From: Candidatus Bathyarchaeota archaeon
Lineage (GTDB): Archaea; Thermoproteota; Bathyarchaeia; 40CM-2-53-6
Direction of reading: 5' to 3'
Length of the DNA stretch: 64,000 bases
Assembly: GCA_963726255.1 (NCBI GenBank)
Contig: CAVSBL010000002.1
Coordinates: 704,001 to 768,000 of the forward strand
This document shows, piece after piece, positions 27,687-37,658 of this stretch. A program made the translations under genes and the position numbers. Numbering within the stretch: position 1 is the stretch's first letter; the number at the start of each line of letters is the position of its first letter. Below the pieces are notes generated by a model that was not told the origin of the DNA, did not search any database, and saw nothing but the letters and a program-made list of their open reading frames with translations.

Positions 27687-28960
27687 CTGCGCCCAACGAT
27701 TACCGAAGCCATTACACGTTCGCGATGGACTTTGGGACAAGCGATTTCAAGTTCGGCCCCATAACTTGCGGAGAGAACCCGAGAATCGTCAACAACCGCG
27801 GATATTTCCCAGACAAGAACTCGGTCATGTACAAGGCTTTTGAATCGACAGCCGACATCATAGTAGGCGAAGACGTTCCACTTTACCTCCAGTCCACCGA
27901 AGACTTGTCCAGTCGCTTAGTCTATCCGATGCGTAACGGGACGATCGAAAAGGGCGACGACACTGCCTGGCGAGTCGTAAGCGCTCTAACGAATTTCAGC
28001 CTGAACGCTTTCATACCGAAACCAAACAACGGGTTCAACGGATACTATATCGTAGCCTCACTCTCATCGGTATCGCCTCGCTACATGTATGAAAGGCTCC
28101 TCGAGCTTTTCGCACAAAACAACGTTAGCGGATTAATCAAGGCAGTAACAGTCATACCCCAACCATTCGCGGTCGCAATTGGGCACGGAGTGACAACTTG
28201 CGTCGTGATTGAGTCCGGGCACGGAAATAGCCAAGTCTGTCCCATCTCGAAATATCCGATCCGTGCAGCTCAAGTCGCGCTTAACCGAGGCGGTGGAGAC
28301 GCAAACGCGATCACCTCCGAGATATTGAAAGACGCTGGGTACGGAGACCTCGCCAACGAAGAAGCGCTTGTCAGGAAAGTCAAGGAAAACATAGGGCTTC
28401 TCCCCGCGGACCTTGACAGCTCCATCAACGAAGCGAAGAAGTCGCCCCGAAGGTTCAGGGCTAGATACAAAGTGCCCGGAACAAGGGTTGAAATCGATTT
28501 AGAGAAAGATTCGTGGACTAGGTTCTTGATAGGTGAGTACGTGTTTAACCCGAACCATGAGATTTTCAAGAGCTACTTCGGCCGCGGGATGCCGAGGCCA
28601 AAGGACGTTAAGATGGGCGAAACCACATTCAGCGGAATGCTCGACTTCGGCGACGCAATTGTTGCGTCAGTGGAACGTTGCCCGGTTGAACTGCAACCCA
28701 TGCTTTACCGCGAAGTGTTGTTGTCCGGCGGGAATTTCAGCTGGACCGTCCCCGAACGCCTCGAAGATACAGCGGTTGATGCTCCTACGAAAATCAAGTT
28801 GCTGCTTAGACAGAAGGGAATCAAAAACGTGTCCGTTAAGATGACGAAATCTCCTCAATTCTCGGTTTGGCATGGCTGCATAATCTATGGATTCGCAGTT
28901 CCGGAGAACTACGAGTGGGATTGGCAGCGCTTGGAGGGGTGGATGAAGTTCAGTGGCTAG
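27683..28960 (+). CDS. Crenactin (archaeal actin)
   Basis: YTFAMDFGTSDFKFGPIT, YPMRNG, IPQPFAVAI, VIESGHGNSQVCPIS, ALNRGGGDANAITSEILKDAGY, WTRFLIGEYVFNPNHE, LSGGNFSW, PQFSVWHGCIIYG. These match Pyrobaculum crenactin as I recall it. True start is ATG 27683, not 27491. Confidence 0.93.
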   Translation: MTAPNDYRSHYTFAMDFGTSDFKFGPITCGENPRIVNNRGYFPDKNSVMYKAFESTADIIVGEDVPLYLQSTEDLSSRLVYPMRNGTIEKGDDTAWRVVSALTNFSLNAFIPKPNNGFNGYYIVASLSSVSPRYMYERLLELFAQNNVSGLIKAVTVIPQPFAVAIGHGVTTCVVIESGHGNSQVCPISKYPIRAAQVALNRGGGDANAITSEILKDAGYGDLANEEALVRKVKENIGLLPADLDSSINEAKKSPRRFRARYKVPGTRVEIDLEKDSWTRFLIGEYVFNPNHEIFKSYFGRGMPRPKDVKMGETTFSGMLDFGDAIVASVERCPVELQPMLYREVLLSGGNFSWTVPERLEDTAVDAPTKIKLLLRQKGIKNVSVKMTKSPQFSVWHGCIIYGFAVPENYEWDWQRLEGWMKFSG

Positions 28961-29621
28961 TCTACCCATCGAGGACAGGTTGCTCCATTACTTTCTGGCA
29001 ATGGGCGCACAGCCGGCAGGAAGGGCGGAAATACCGCAGAATAATCTCGGATTCATCTCGGGTTCTGAGAAAACCCATGTTGTCATCTTGAGGAACGAGG
29101 ATCTTCTCCAGAGGAACAAGGTTATTGAAGCCATACTGAGCCTCACGTCTCTTCGGAATTCATCGCAATTACTCTACCTAGCAGCCCCAAGGCTGCTCGG
29201 AGGCTCTATTGACGCCGCAATTTTCAAGCCCTATGGAATAGGCTTACTGCTCTTTGACGAACGCAGAATCGATGAAGCAGTTCCCTCGCAACCGTCACAA
29301 CGCTCAGAGACGAATCAACAAGTGTCTCAAAGCCCCGACCCAAGCGTGGTCACTGAACTAGCTACCTTAAGGTCTATGTACGCGGAAATGGAGAGAACCA
29401 TTGCCACCCTCCGCGAGGATCTAAAGGCGTTCAAACAAGACTCAGGAACTCACCTGGATCCAACGGAACCTTCTCCGCCAACGCCCATTACCAGACCTGA
29501 ACCGATGTTCGCCAATCCCAACCTTCCCGCGGGAGAGCTTCCATCCTTCTTTGCGAACAACCCGTGGCTGGACGTTCTATCTAAGCGCGGCAGATCGGGG
29601 GACGAGCTGATTGCCGGTTGA
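28953..29621 (+). CDS. Arcadin-2-like crenactin regulator
   Basis: Overlaps the crenactin stop. Globular N-domain, coiled coil, Pro-rich linker and C-terminal NNPWLDVLSKRGR, resembling the arcadin-2 actin-binding helix (ENEWVKILRSKR, from memory). Confidence 0.75.
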   Translation: MASLPIEDRLLHYFLAMGAQPAGRAEIPQNNLGFISGSEKTHVVILRNEDLLQRNKVIEAILSLTSLRNSSQLLYLAAPRLLGGSIDAAIFKPYGIGLLLFDERRIDEAVPSQPSQRSETNQQVSQSPDPSVVTELATLRSMYAEMERTIATLREDLKAFKQDSGTHLDPTEPSPPTPITRPEPMFANPNLPAGELPSFFANNPWLDVLSKRGRSGDELIAG

Positions 29622-29880
29622 AGTGGTCGTGAAAGTGCCGATACGGAGAATCCCCGTCGTCATTGACCTGAAGGATCCACTCGCACCTGAATTAGGCTTG
29701 GAGGATTTCAGAAAACTGTTCGGCAAAGACCCTGAACAAGATCGTTTCAGGATCCTGAATATTGAAGTCCTCACATCCCCCGACGACCTTCAGCCTATGC
29801 TCGTTTCGGAATGTGGAAGATACGCACGCTTTCTCCGTCGAGAATCTGATTATGCCTATTTCCGCAAGACAGTGGACTAA
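29611..29880 (+). CDS. Small protein in the arcade operon (arcadin-3 by synteny?)
   Basis: Overlaps the previous gene; 89 aa. Identity inferred from position only. Confidence 0.55.
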   Translation: MPVEVVVKVPIRRIPVVIDLKDPLAPELGLEDFRKLFGKDPEQDRFRILNIEVLTSPDDLQPMLVSECGRYARFLRRESDYAYFRKTVD

Positions 29881-30165
29881 AACAACGCGGCGAACGGGTC
29901 GGAATGGAGCCGTATATCAAATTCCAGCGTCCAATGATGGCATATCCAATATATCTTCGGTAATCAGCCCCCAATGGCCGAAAACGTCTCATAATGTTTG
30001 AATCAAATTAGAAACGCTAAAATTCGACATAACACTTAAATAGGGTGCAACCGTGGTTATTATAGCTTTCGGGCCGGATGACGAAGTTCTGAAGCAGAAC
30101 GACGCCGCGTTGTTCTACTAAGGAGAGATGGTCCGAGCGTTAAGCATCGAGTAGGTAAGAAGAAA

Positions 30166-31098
30166 ATGAGTACGAGCACAACGACAAAGAAAGTTGGAAA
30201 ACTTACCAACTGCCCCGAATGTGGTAGCACGAACCTGGTAGAGGACTACGACCAAGGGGAGATAATCTGCCAGAATTGTGGTTTGGTTATCAGCGAACAT
30301 GCCCTGAACCAAGGGCCTGAATGGCGTGCCTTCACGAAGGAAGAGAAGGATGAGCGTGGACGCGTAGGGATCCCAACGTCATTCTCGATTCATGATAAGG
30401 GCCTTTCGACCGTGATCGACCGCGTTAACCGAGACGCGTATGGTCGTCAACTTCCACTGGCAACTAGGCTGGAAATGCTTAGGCTTAGAAAATGGCAGAT
30501 TAGAACCCGTGTACACTCCTCAGCGGACAGAAATCTTGCGCAAGCGATGGCCGAACTTGACCGCTTGACAGATATGCTGCATATACCGGCGCCGATTAAG
30601 GAACGCGCAGCCATAGTTTACAGAAAAGCCCTGGACAACGGCTTAGTCAGAGGCCGTTCCATAGCCGCAATTGCTGCTGCATCGCTCTATGCAGCGTGCA
30701 GAATTTCGGAAACACCCAGAACACTCAAAGATGTCTCGGCGGCCAGTAGGATTCGAAAGAAGGATGTTGCGAGGTGTTACCGTCTCCTCGTCCGCGAATT
30801 GGACCTACGAATGCCAGTTGAGGATCCGGTTAAGTGCATCTCGAAAATAGCCACTAAGGTCGAAATCTCAATGCCCACGCAGCAGCGTGCGATTAAGATC
30901 ATCAACGAAGCGAAGAGGAAGGGCATTGTTGCCGGAAAAGACCCTATGGGCCTTGCTGCAGCGTCACTCTACGTCGCGTGCGTCCTAGAAGGGGAAAAGA
31001 AAACCCAGAAAGAGATAGCTGAAGTAGCTAACGTTACCGAAGTCACCGTCCGAAACAGGTACAAAGGACTTAAAGAAGCACTGAAACTCGACATCTAA
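30166..31098 (+). CDS. tfb: Transcription initiation factor IIB
   Basis: CPECGS..CQNCG zinc ribbon, GPEWRAF, HDKGLST, two cyclin repeats, VTEVTVRNRYK. Confidence 0.98.
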   Translation: MSTSTTTKKVGKLTNCPECGSTNLVEDYDQGEIICQNCGLVISEHALNQGPEWRAFTKEEKDERGRVGIPTSFSIHDKGLSTVIDRVNRDAYGRQLPLATRLEMLRLRKWQIRTRVHSSADRNLAQAMAELDRLTDMLHIPAPIKERAAIVYRKALDNGLVRGRSIAAIAAASLYAACRISETPRTLKDVSAASRIRKKDVARCYRLLVRELDLRMPVEDPVKCISKIATKVEISMPTQQRAIKIINEAKRKGIVAGKDPMGLAAASLYVACVLEGEKKTQKEIAEVANVTEVTVRNRYKGLKEALKLDI

Positions 31099-33851
31099 AC
31101 CCGTTGAGTTAGCTTCGCAGCTGTCTCAAACCTTTCTTTTATTTTTCCAACCAGTTCCTGTTCACTAACACTGAACACTATTTTCAGGCATTCCGCCGCA
31201 TCCCTGATGGGACGGATGCGCACCCCTTCGTCTTCCAGCATTCGCATTTCATCATGTGCGGCCTCGACATTCGCGACAGGCAACACCAAATCCGTGATTC
31301 GTATTCGCCGGGACTTGAGAATGCCCACGATCTTTCCGGTTTGAGTTCCGTAGCCTCCAAGGCCGCCTACTGGGCCAACATCAAGCTTGACTCCAATAGT
31401 TCCCGTCGCAACAATTGCAGGTGAAATCGGAAGGCCTGCAAGTTCTGAGAACAGTGCGAGGACCATTGCCAGGCCAGCGCTGGGCCCTGACACGCCTTGG
31501 CCGGGCGCACCTTCCAAGAGGCTTCGAACTTGAAAATGTATATGCAGACGGCTGAGGTCTATGTTGCAGGCGGTCCAGAGCCATGACCTAACCGCTTCCG
31601 CGGCATTCTGTGCGCTCTGGAGAACTGACTCGTCCGGGACGACCGCCTGTCCAACAACAAGTGATGTGGAATTACCTGTTACGGATACGAGCTTTTCACC
31701 CGGGATAATCGGCCTACTCGAACACTCCACGGTGATGATTCCACCCGTTCCATCATCAGCCGCATAAAGACCGAATGATGCTCCTGCCGTGGGCGTGGTC
31801 AAAATGAGGGCCTCTTCCAGTTCCCTTCGCTGTCTCTCTTGGCTAGACTCGAGAGCTTGAATTGCTTTTTCGAAGTGGTAGAGACGGATTGGGTAACAAG
31901 TCTCGTCGACCTTCTGCAAAGTCAGATTATCGTCCGTTCCGACCACCGATTGCAACCTGTCTAAGTCCGCTTCGTATCGCTTCTTGACGAAGGTCTTCTC
32001 GTCGTCGGTGTGAGCCTTTCGTAACTCGTCAACGGCGCTCAATTCCGAAGCCCATAATCGATGCGATTCTGAGATCGTTTCAGCCGCGGCCCTTGGGCTC
32101 AGAATTCGCTGCATCCTGAACAATCGTGTGATTTTCGCTGCGTCAACCTCTTCGTGCAGAAATCTTCTGAATTTCCTTAGGTGAATCTCCACAACTTCGT
32201 TCCATTCACGGTCGTTCAACGGTGGGTGCACGTAGAATACGTTTGGCTCGAACCGATCTCTTGTGGCTTGGTCGATTAGGTTCTCTTTGTTGGATGCAGC
32301 TATTACTACAATTCCTTCGTCAGGTTTGATCTCGCTCAATTCTGCCTTCACTTGCGCAAGAATCTTATTGCCTGCTGGGTCAGCACCCCAAAAAATCGCG
32401 TCAGCTTCGTCGAGAAAGAGAATGCACGGCGTTCGTTGCCTTGCCAGTGCGAATAGGTCTTTGATCCGTTTCTCGGGCTCGCCGATGTAACTGGCGCCGC
32501 TCATCAGTTCCCCTCCCCTGACTTTGATGAAGGCGACACGGTTCTCAGCAGCAGCCACTAGCGCCAGGAGCGTCTTACCTGTCCCGGGAGGGCCGAAGAG
32601 CAAGAATCTACAATTGGAAGCGTAACCGAGCTGCGACATTTTCGGGTTGAACGCGAGGGAAATGTGGTTCAGCACTTTGTTCTTGACGTCGTGAAGGCCG
32701 CCGATGTCTTCTCTGGAAACCTTTGGGGTCACAATGTATACTGCGTCCATTATTTCCTGGGACTTTTCCCTTTCAGCATAGAACTTCATTGTGTGCGCTG
32801 CCTGGGCGAAATCCTCCAAGCTTACCTTGTACCTTGGTTTAGTCCACTTGGACAAGGGGCCAGGCACGGACCTTCGGATCGCTTCGAGTAGTGGTACTTC
32901 CTTGGCGCGCTTCACTTCCCTGAACACGCTAAGGATGTCATTAGGAGTGATCGAACCGTGCCTGCGCAGTACAGCTTCTCTTTCCAAGATTTCCTGTATC
33001 TCTGTCGCCGATACCCCGCGCCAACTCTCGTCCGACAACCTGTGCGTGATAATAGCTAACAACATATCGTGGGTAACGCCCGAGTCAAGGTCGACGCGCG
33101 AGAGGCGACGGCGAATGTCTTCACGGGTTTGTTCGTAGGAATTTGTGGCGACTATTACCAAGGTGCGTGCGTCGCTGCTTAAGATCTTGTCCAGCCACCT
33201 GTTTATTTCGTCCTGCACACGCGTGTCTTCGAGCTCAGTGCCCGTATCTCCCCTTACCTTCCGGCCGAAGCTCTGGAATTCGTCGATGTAAATGACAGAG
33301 GGTGTGGAGGCAGCACGCTCCAAGAGGCGACCTAACTGTTTGGTGCTTCTCCCGTAATACTCTGAAAAAACGTCGGATCCTTTGATGATTATCGGTGAGA
33401 GCAGTACACCATTCGTGTGAGCTTCCAGCAACATTTGCTTTAGAGAAACCATAGTAAGGAAAGTCTTCCCAGTCCCGCTTTCGCCCGTCAGGCAGATGGC
33501 CTTCGGGAGCTCGTCCTTATCGAACCATTTCCGCAGCATTGGATGCTTCAGGACATGAAGCCTGAATGAATCCAAGAGGAGATTATACTCCTTTTCGCGC
33601 CCAATCAACTTGACTGGTGAGAATTTGTTTGGCGGATAGAGCTTATCCAAGTGCTGTTGTATCTTTCTGAACTTTCTCGGCGATATTCGCGATTTTCGCC
33701 ATTTCATGAAATCTCTATCGACGGCTCGTAGTGGGACGTAGTTCAGCCAGCGAAGTACGCTGAATTTGCGCCACCATTCCACGTCTGCCTGCGGCTCTAA
33801 GTCCGGTTGTTCGTATCGCTCCATATCCTCGAGTTGATTTGGCATAGTCAT
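31095..33851 (-). CDS. Tandem-AAA+ (Cdc48-like) ATPase fused to a Lon (S16) protease domain
   Basis: D1: GESGTGKT, IYIDE, ATN, IRRR. D2: DIGGL, GPPGTGKT, LFLDE, ASN, RDRF. C-terminal VSGPSAG..ATGTI..VGPVGG..GKI. Start ATG 33851 overlaps the upstream stop. Confidence 0.88.
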   Translation of the reverse strand: MTMPNQLEDMERYEQPDLEPQADVEWWRKFSVLRWLNYVPLRAVDRDFMKWRKSRISPRKFRKIQQHLDKLYPPNKFSPVKLIGREKEYNLLLDSFRLHVLKHPMLRKWFDKDELPKAICLTGESGTGKTFLTMVSLKQMLLEAHTNGVLLSPIIIKGSDVFSEYYGRSTKQLGRLLERAASTPSVIYIDEFQSFGRKVRGDTGTELEDTRVQDEINRWLDKILSSDARTLVIVATNSYEQTREDIRRRLSRVDLDSGVTHDMLLAIITHRLSDESWRGVSATEIQEILEREAVLRRHGSITPNDILSVFREVKRAKEVPLLEAIRRSVPGPLSKWTKPRYKVSLEDFAQAAHTMKFYAEREKSQEIMDAVYIVTPKVSREDIGGLHDVKNKVLNHISLAFNPKMSQLGYASNCRFLLFGPPGTGKTLLALVAAAENRVAFIKVRGGELMSGASYIGEPEKRIKDLFALARQRTPCILFLDEADAIFWGADPAGNKILAQVKAELSEIKPDEGIVVIAASNKENLIDQATRDRFEPNVFYVHPPLNDREWNEVVEIHLRKFRRFLHEEVDAAKITRLFRMQRILSPRAAAETISESHRLWASELSAVDELRKAHTDDEKTFVKKRYEADLDRLQSVVGTDDNLTLQKVDETCYPIRLYHFEKAIQALESSQERQRRELEEALILTTPTAGASFGLYAADDGTGGIITVECSSRPIIPGEKLVSVTGNSTSLVVGQAVVPDESVLQSAQNAAEAVRSWLWTACNIDLSRLHIHFQVRSLLEGAPGQGVSGPSAGLAMVLALFSELAGLPISPAIVATGTIGVKLDVGPVGGLGGYGTQTGKIVGILKSRRIRITDLVLPVANVEAAHDEMRMLEDEGVRIRPIRDAAECLKIVFSVSEQELVGKIKERFETAAKLTQRV

Positions 33852-34732
33852 TCGTCCTGCACTGGTTTGAGGTCGAAAGCCTTTTCGAGAGTGAATCGGA
33901 GGAGGTACACGATCATAATCGCTCCAACTGCGAAACCGATGACGAAAAGATCCCAAAGAGAGAGTAGCTCTACTGATGCAAGGAACATGAAACGGAGTAC
34001 GAACAGTAAGAGGAGTTCTCCACCCATGATGGCAACAATTGCAGCGAATGAAACGACCAGAAACTTGTATACTACATCGAGCCAGAGGTATGCCTTATCC
34101 CCGACGTCAAACCGCTGTCCAGAGGCCTCTTTCTTCTTAGACTCGCGTGCGATCCATATTCCGCCAACAGCAAAGAACTGCACACCTAGCGCAAAGTAAA
34201 GTGCCTTCACCCATAGCGGAAACGCTTGCCCAAATTTCCCAATCCATCCCACAAAGCTGTCCCACGGCGAGACGGATGGGATAACAGTTGCATGCGTGTC
34301 CGGACGAGGGTTGAAGATGGCGTTTACGTCAAGTTCAAACGCGCCGCCCGACATGTAGTATGTTGTGTTATTATTCCCGGGCGCGCTCAAATCTGAAGGC
34401 TTGGTGAGCAAATTGACTTGGTACTCAGTAGGGTAGTCGAAAATGAACTTGAGCTCGAAGTTGCTTGCGTTGAGTGCTTGAATTTCAAAGTCTGCGGTCG
34501 GATAATCGGCAGGTCTGGTCAGGTTGGTAGCCGAAAGGTTGCCTTGAATGAACACCTGTTGAATGCTTGCCCTGTCACTTTGGACGACGAGGAAATCGCC
34601 CGTGTACAGTTGCACATCTTGTGTGCGGGTCACGGTTTGACCTGCGACCGTGGTTTGCAAGCCAGCGAATACAACTGCAATAAAGAGGACCGCGACACAT
34701 GGCAAAATGCGTGGTCCGATCCTTGAGCTCAA
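33848..34732 (-). CDS. Membrane protein (signal peptide, extracellular domain, three C-terminal TMs), translationally coupled to the AAA-Lon gene
   Basis: Hydrophobicity pattern; ATGA overlap at 33848-33851. Confidence 0.8.
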   Translation of the reverse strand: MSSRIGPRILPCVAVLFIAVVFAGLQTTVAGQTVTRTQDVQLYTGDFLVVQSDRASIQQVFIQGNLSATNLTRPADYPTADFEIQALNASNFELKFIFDYPTEYQVNLLTKPSDLSAPGNNNTTYYMSGGAFELDVNAIFNPRPDTHATVIPSVSPWDSFVGWIGKFGQAFPLWVKALYFALGVQFFAVGGIWIARESKKKEASGQRFDVGDKAYLWLDVVYKFLVVSFAAIVAIMGGELLLLFVLRFMFLASVELLSLWDLFVIGFAVGAIMIVYLLRFTLEKAFDLKPVQDE

Positions 34733-34816
34733 GGCTAACCGCTCTGAGTGAACTGTTACTTCCGTCCTCAGGAGGCGGTCAGTATATTAATGTTCTGTTA
34801 ATGGAACACTAATGTT

Positions 34817-35038
34817 TCAACGTTTCTCTGTCCCAGCACCCTCATCATCGAGCTCAAGAACCACCGGGCCCACGTAGCCGCACTCCTCGCACGCGTAGAC
34901 TGCCGGCAACAACCAGCCACTCAACGACCCCTGCTGCTTCACCTTCATACTTCCACACACCGGACATATCTGTGGTGCAGGACCCGAATGTTTGAGATTC
35001 TTCATCGTATCGAAGAAACTGCTCAACGCAAACGCCAT
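34817..35038 (-). CDS. Small zinc-ribbon protein
   Basis: CPVCGS..GWLLPAVYACEECGYVGP. Confidence 0.8.
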   Translation of the reverse strand: MAFALSSFFDTMKNLKHSGPAPQICPVCGSMKVKQQGSLSGWLLPAVYACEECGYVGPVVLELDDEGAGTEKR

Positions 35039-35050
35039 CGAATCTGGCTC

Positions 35051-35359
35051 TCAATGAATCTCGATTGAACTTTCAGGAAAGCCGGTCTGTACCAGCAGTT
35101 TCTTGACTTTATTCCGATGGTCTCCCTGAAGCATTATCAGGCCGTCTTTGGCGGTTCCGCCGCATGCACAATAGGTCTTCAGCTTTGCGCCAAGGTCATC
35201 GAGGTTAACGCTCTTCGAGTTTATGCCCTCGATAATTGTCGTCGCCTTGCCCCATTTCCTAGTCTCGAGGCGGACCTTTACAAGTTGCTGCTCCATGCTG
35301 ATGGTTCCGCAGACGCAGAGATCTTTAGGAAGCCCACAGGTAGGGCATACTTCCGCCAT
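35051..35359 (-). CDS. sui1: Translation initiation factor aIF1 (SUI1/YciH)
   Basis: VCPTCGLPKDLCVC..LKTYCACGGTAKDGLIMLQGDHR. Confidence 0.95.
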   Translation of the reverse strand: MAEVCPTCGLPKDLCVCGTISMEQQLVKVRLETRKWGKATTIIEGINSKSVNLDDLGAKLKTYCACGGTAKDGLIMLQGDHRNKVKKLLVQTGFPESSIEIH

Positions 35360-35505
35360 TATTTCGTTCAATTACTCCTTTCTTAGTGAATTGGAGTACG
35401 GTCCAAATTATATTTAAGAGTATGTCTGAACCCATGAATTTGCATTCATCGAAAGTCATTCTGGAAGCGATCCGTCGATTGAACAACCACCAGACAATGA
35501 TCGCC

Positions 35506-36030
35506 ATGGCTCACGAAGACGGACGTGAAGTAACCATCGAGACATTATCCACGCCACCAACTCACATTTCTCCGGCTCCATTGCTGAGACGAGTGACGGC
35601 AGGAATTGTCGACTCGTTCATCGTAACCATACTAGGGCTCGTCCTCACTGGAAGATTGAACGAATTCTCAAGCATGTTGACAATCGCAGGTGCAGCGTCT
35701 ACGCTGCCGACGACGTTCGTCTACCTGGGCATCGTTACGCTGGTTTACTACTTTCTGTTGGAATGGCTCTTCGCTTCGACAATCGGCAAGTCCGTGCTAA
35801 GACTTCGGGTTGTGGGAAGGGATGGAGATCCATGCACGCTAGGTGCTTCCCTCAAGAGAAACATCCTGCGCCCCATAGATTGGTTGCCATTTTTCTACGT
35901 CATCGGTGCCATTGCCATCTTGTCATCTCACGATCGACAGAGAGTTGGAGATAGAATCGCAGCGACCATAGTCACGAAAGCTCCAGAAAAGGACATAAAT
36001 CCGCCTCCGGCACCTTTCCTTTTTCATTGA
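35506..36030 (+). CDS. RDD family membrane protein
   Basis: LLRRVTAGIVD, TIGKSVLRLRVV, RNILRPID, RQRVGDRIAATIV. Start uncertain. Confidence 0.88.
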   Translation: MAHEDGREVTIETLSTPPTHISPAPLLRRVTAGIVDSFIVTILGLVLTGRLNEFSSMLTIAGAASTLPTTFVYLGIVTLVYYFLLEWLFASTIGKSVLRLRVVGRDGDPCTLGASLKRNILRPIDWLPFFYVIGAIAILSSHDRQRVGDRIAATIVTKAPEKDINPPPAPFLFH

Positions 36031-36052
36031 GCCCATGCAGATTTGAGCGGCG

Positions 36053-37228
36053 TTGCCCGCAAACCTCACAGCTGAAGCTCAGGCTAAATGGCAGGAAGCG
36101 CAGCTAGCCACCAATCCCAGAGAGAAGCTTCGAGCATACCAGGAGTTTCTCTCAGCCATACCTAAGCATAAGGGAAACGAACGACTGCAAGCCCAAATCA
36201 AGACAAAGATCGCAGATCTCAAGGAAGAGCTTGCGCTTCAGCGCGGTAAACGTGCTGCGGGTCGGCCAGGCTGGACCATCGAGCGCGAAGGAGCTGCGCA
36301 AGTCATGGTCTTTGGGCCGACCAAAGCAGGACGCAGTAGCCTTCTCCGGTCGCTCACAAACGCGCAAGTCACCGTCGCCTCTTATGAATACACGACTCAA
36401 AGGCCTGTCCCGGGAATGCTCCGGTACGAAGACATTCAGCTTCAGTTAGTTGAATTGCCTGCACCACAACTCGGCCGCGACGCCCGCTATCAGATTGAGC
36501 CCGAGGCTTTGGATCTGATTAGATCTTCCGACGGCCTCATCATAGTCGTGGATATGTCGGCCAATCCAACCGGCCAATTCCGCTCCGTGCTTGAATCTCT
36601 CGAAAGGGCTCGCATCTCTACGCAGAGACCGCTGTCGAGGGTAGAAATAGTGCGAGAGAAAGGTTCCGGGGAGATCCGCATCGCAACATCAGGCCATCAA
36701 AAGTCCTGTACGCCCGCCCAAATAAGAGAACTCTTGCACAGCTACGGCATAAGGAACGCGCTCGTGAGAATCTACGGAGACGCTTCTGCAGATGATGTGG
36801 AAGACGCGATCTTCGAAAACGTTATGATTTACAAGCCAACGGTGGTCATCGCCAACAAAATCGACCTAGTCGATGTCACCCAGACTCGGATCGAGCTCGC
36901 AACGGAGCATGCCCCGGCGTTAAGATGTGTTTTCACTTCGTGTTTGACTGCAAAGGGGCTCAGCGAGGTTGGTGAAGCCCTCTTTCACGGTCTGGGAATC
37001 ATAAGAGTCTACACGAAGGAACCTAACGAACCACGGCCTTCGAAATCCCCCTTCGTTGTTCGAGCGGGGACAACCGTCGGCGAATTGGCTCGGCGCATTC
37101 ATACTGATCTGGCTGACAGATATCGATACTCACGGATCTGGGGGCCGACCAGCAAATTCGCGGGTGAAAGGGTCGGCCCAGAACACGAGCTTGCTGACCA
37201 GGATATTGTGGAAATCCACACGGCCTAG
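36053..37228 (+). CDS. DRG/OBG-family GTPase with TGS domain
   Basis: MPANLT, PKHKGNE, GPTKAGRSSLL, YEYTT, NKID, IRVYTKEP, DIVEIH. G1 and G3 are slightly degenerate (GRS, ELP). Confidence 0.9.
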   Translation: MPANLTAEAQAKWQEAQLATNPREKLRAYQEFLSAIPKHKGNERLQAQIKTKIADLKEELALQRGKRAAGRPGWTIEREGAAQVMVFGPTKAGRSSLLRSLTNAQVTVASYEYTTQRPVPGMLRYEDIQLQLVELPAPQLGRDARYQIEPEALDLIRSSDGLIIVVDMSANPTGQFRSVLESLERARISTQRPLSRVEIVREKGSGEIRIATSGHQKSCTPAQIRELLHSYGIRNALVRIYGDASADDVEDAIFENVMIYKPTVVIANKIDLVDVTQTRIELATEHAPALRCVFTSCLTAKGLSEVGEALFHGLGIIRVYTKEPNEPRPSKSPFVVRAGTTVGELARRIHTDLADRYRYSRIWGPTSKFAGERVGPEHELADQDIVEIHTA

Positions 37229-37658
37229 GCAGGAAATGCTGACCGGTGGAGAATCTAGATTCTAGCGCGTCGACGTCTTCTGAAGTTCTTGATACGCCAG
37301 AAACCACTTGAATCGCGGTAATATTCCATGACTTCCATTTTGCATCGCCCTGACATTATGGACTATTTGTGACTTAGCGATTTCACCATTGAACGTCTGG
37401 GATTTCTTGACCGTGAAACAGAAAACGATGCCGCGGGTTGCAGATTCCAAGCAATACGTGGCCTTAGCCAAACTTTCGATTGATGCAAGGCACTAAAGAT
37501 TATGAGGCACCGGGGGGCAGCCGGGTATCCGCATTGTGTTGTTTGAGTGAATTTGCTTTGGTTGTTTAGCCACTGTAAAGCAGGCACGTTACCGAAAGTC
37601 AGGCGATACGAAGATGTCTAGAAACTTCGTGAAAAGCATCAAGATAATTCGTTATGAA

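Noticed and set aside
30070-30120. C/D-box sRNA or K-loop in the tfb leader (atgacga..ctga plus hairpin)
   Set aside because: The box C is imperfect and the spacing too short; insufficient evidence.
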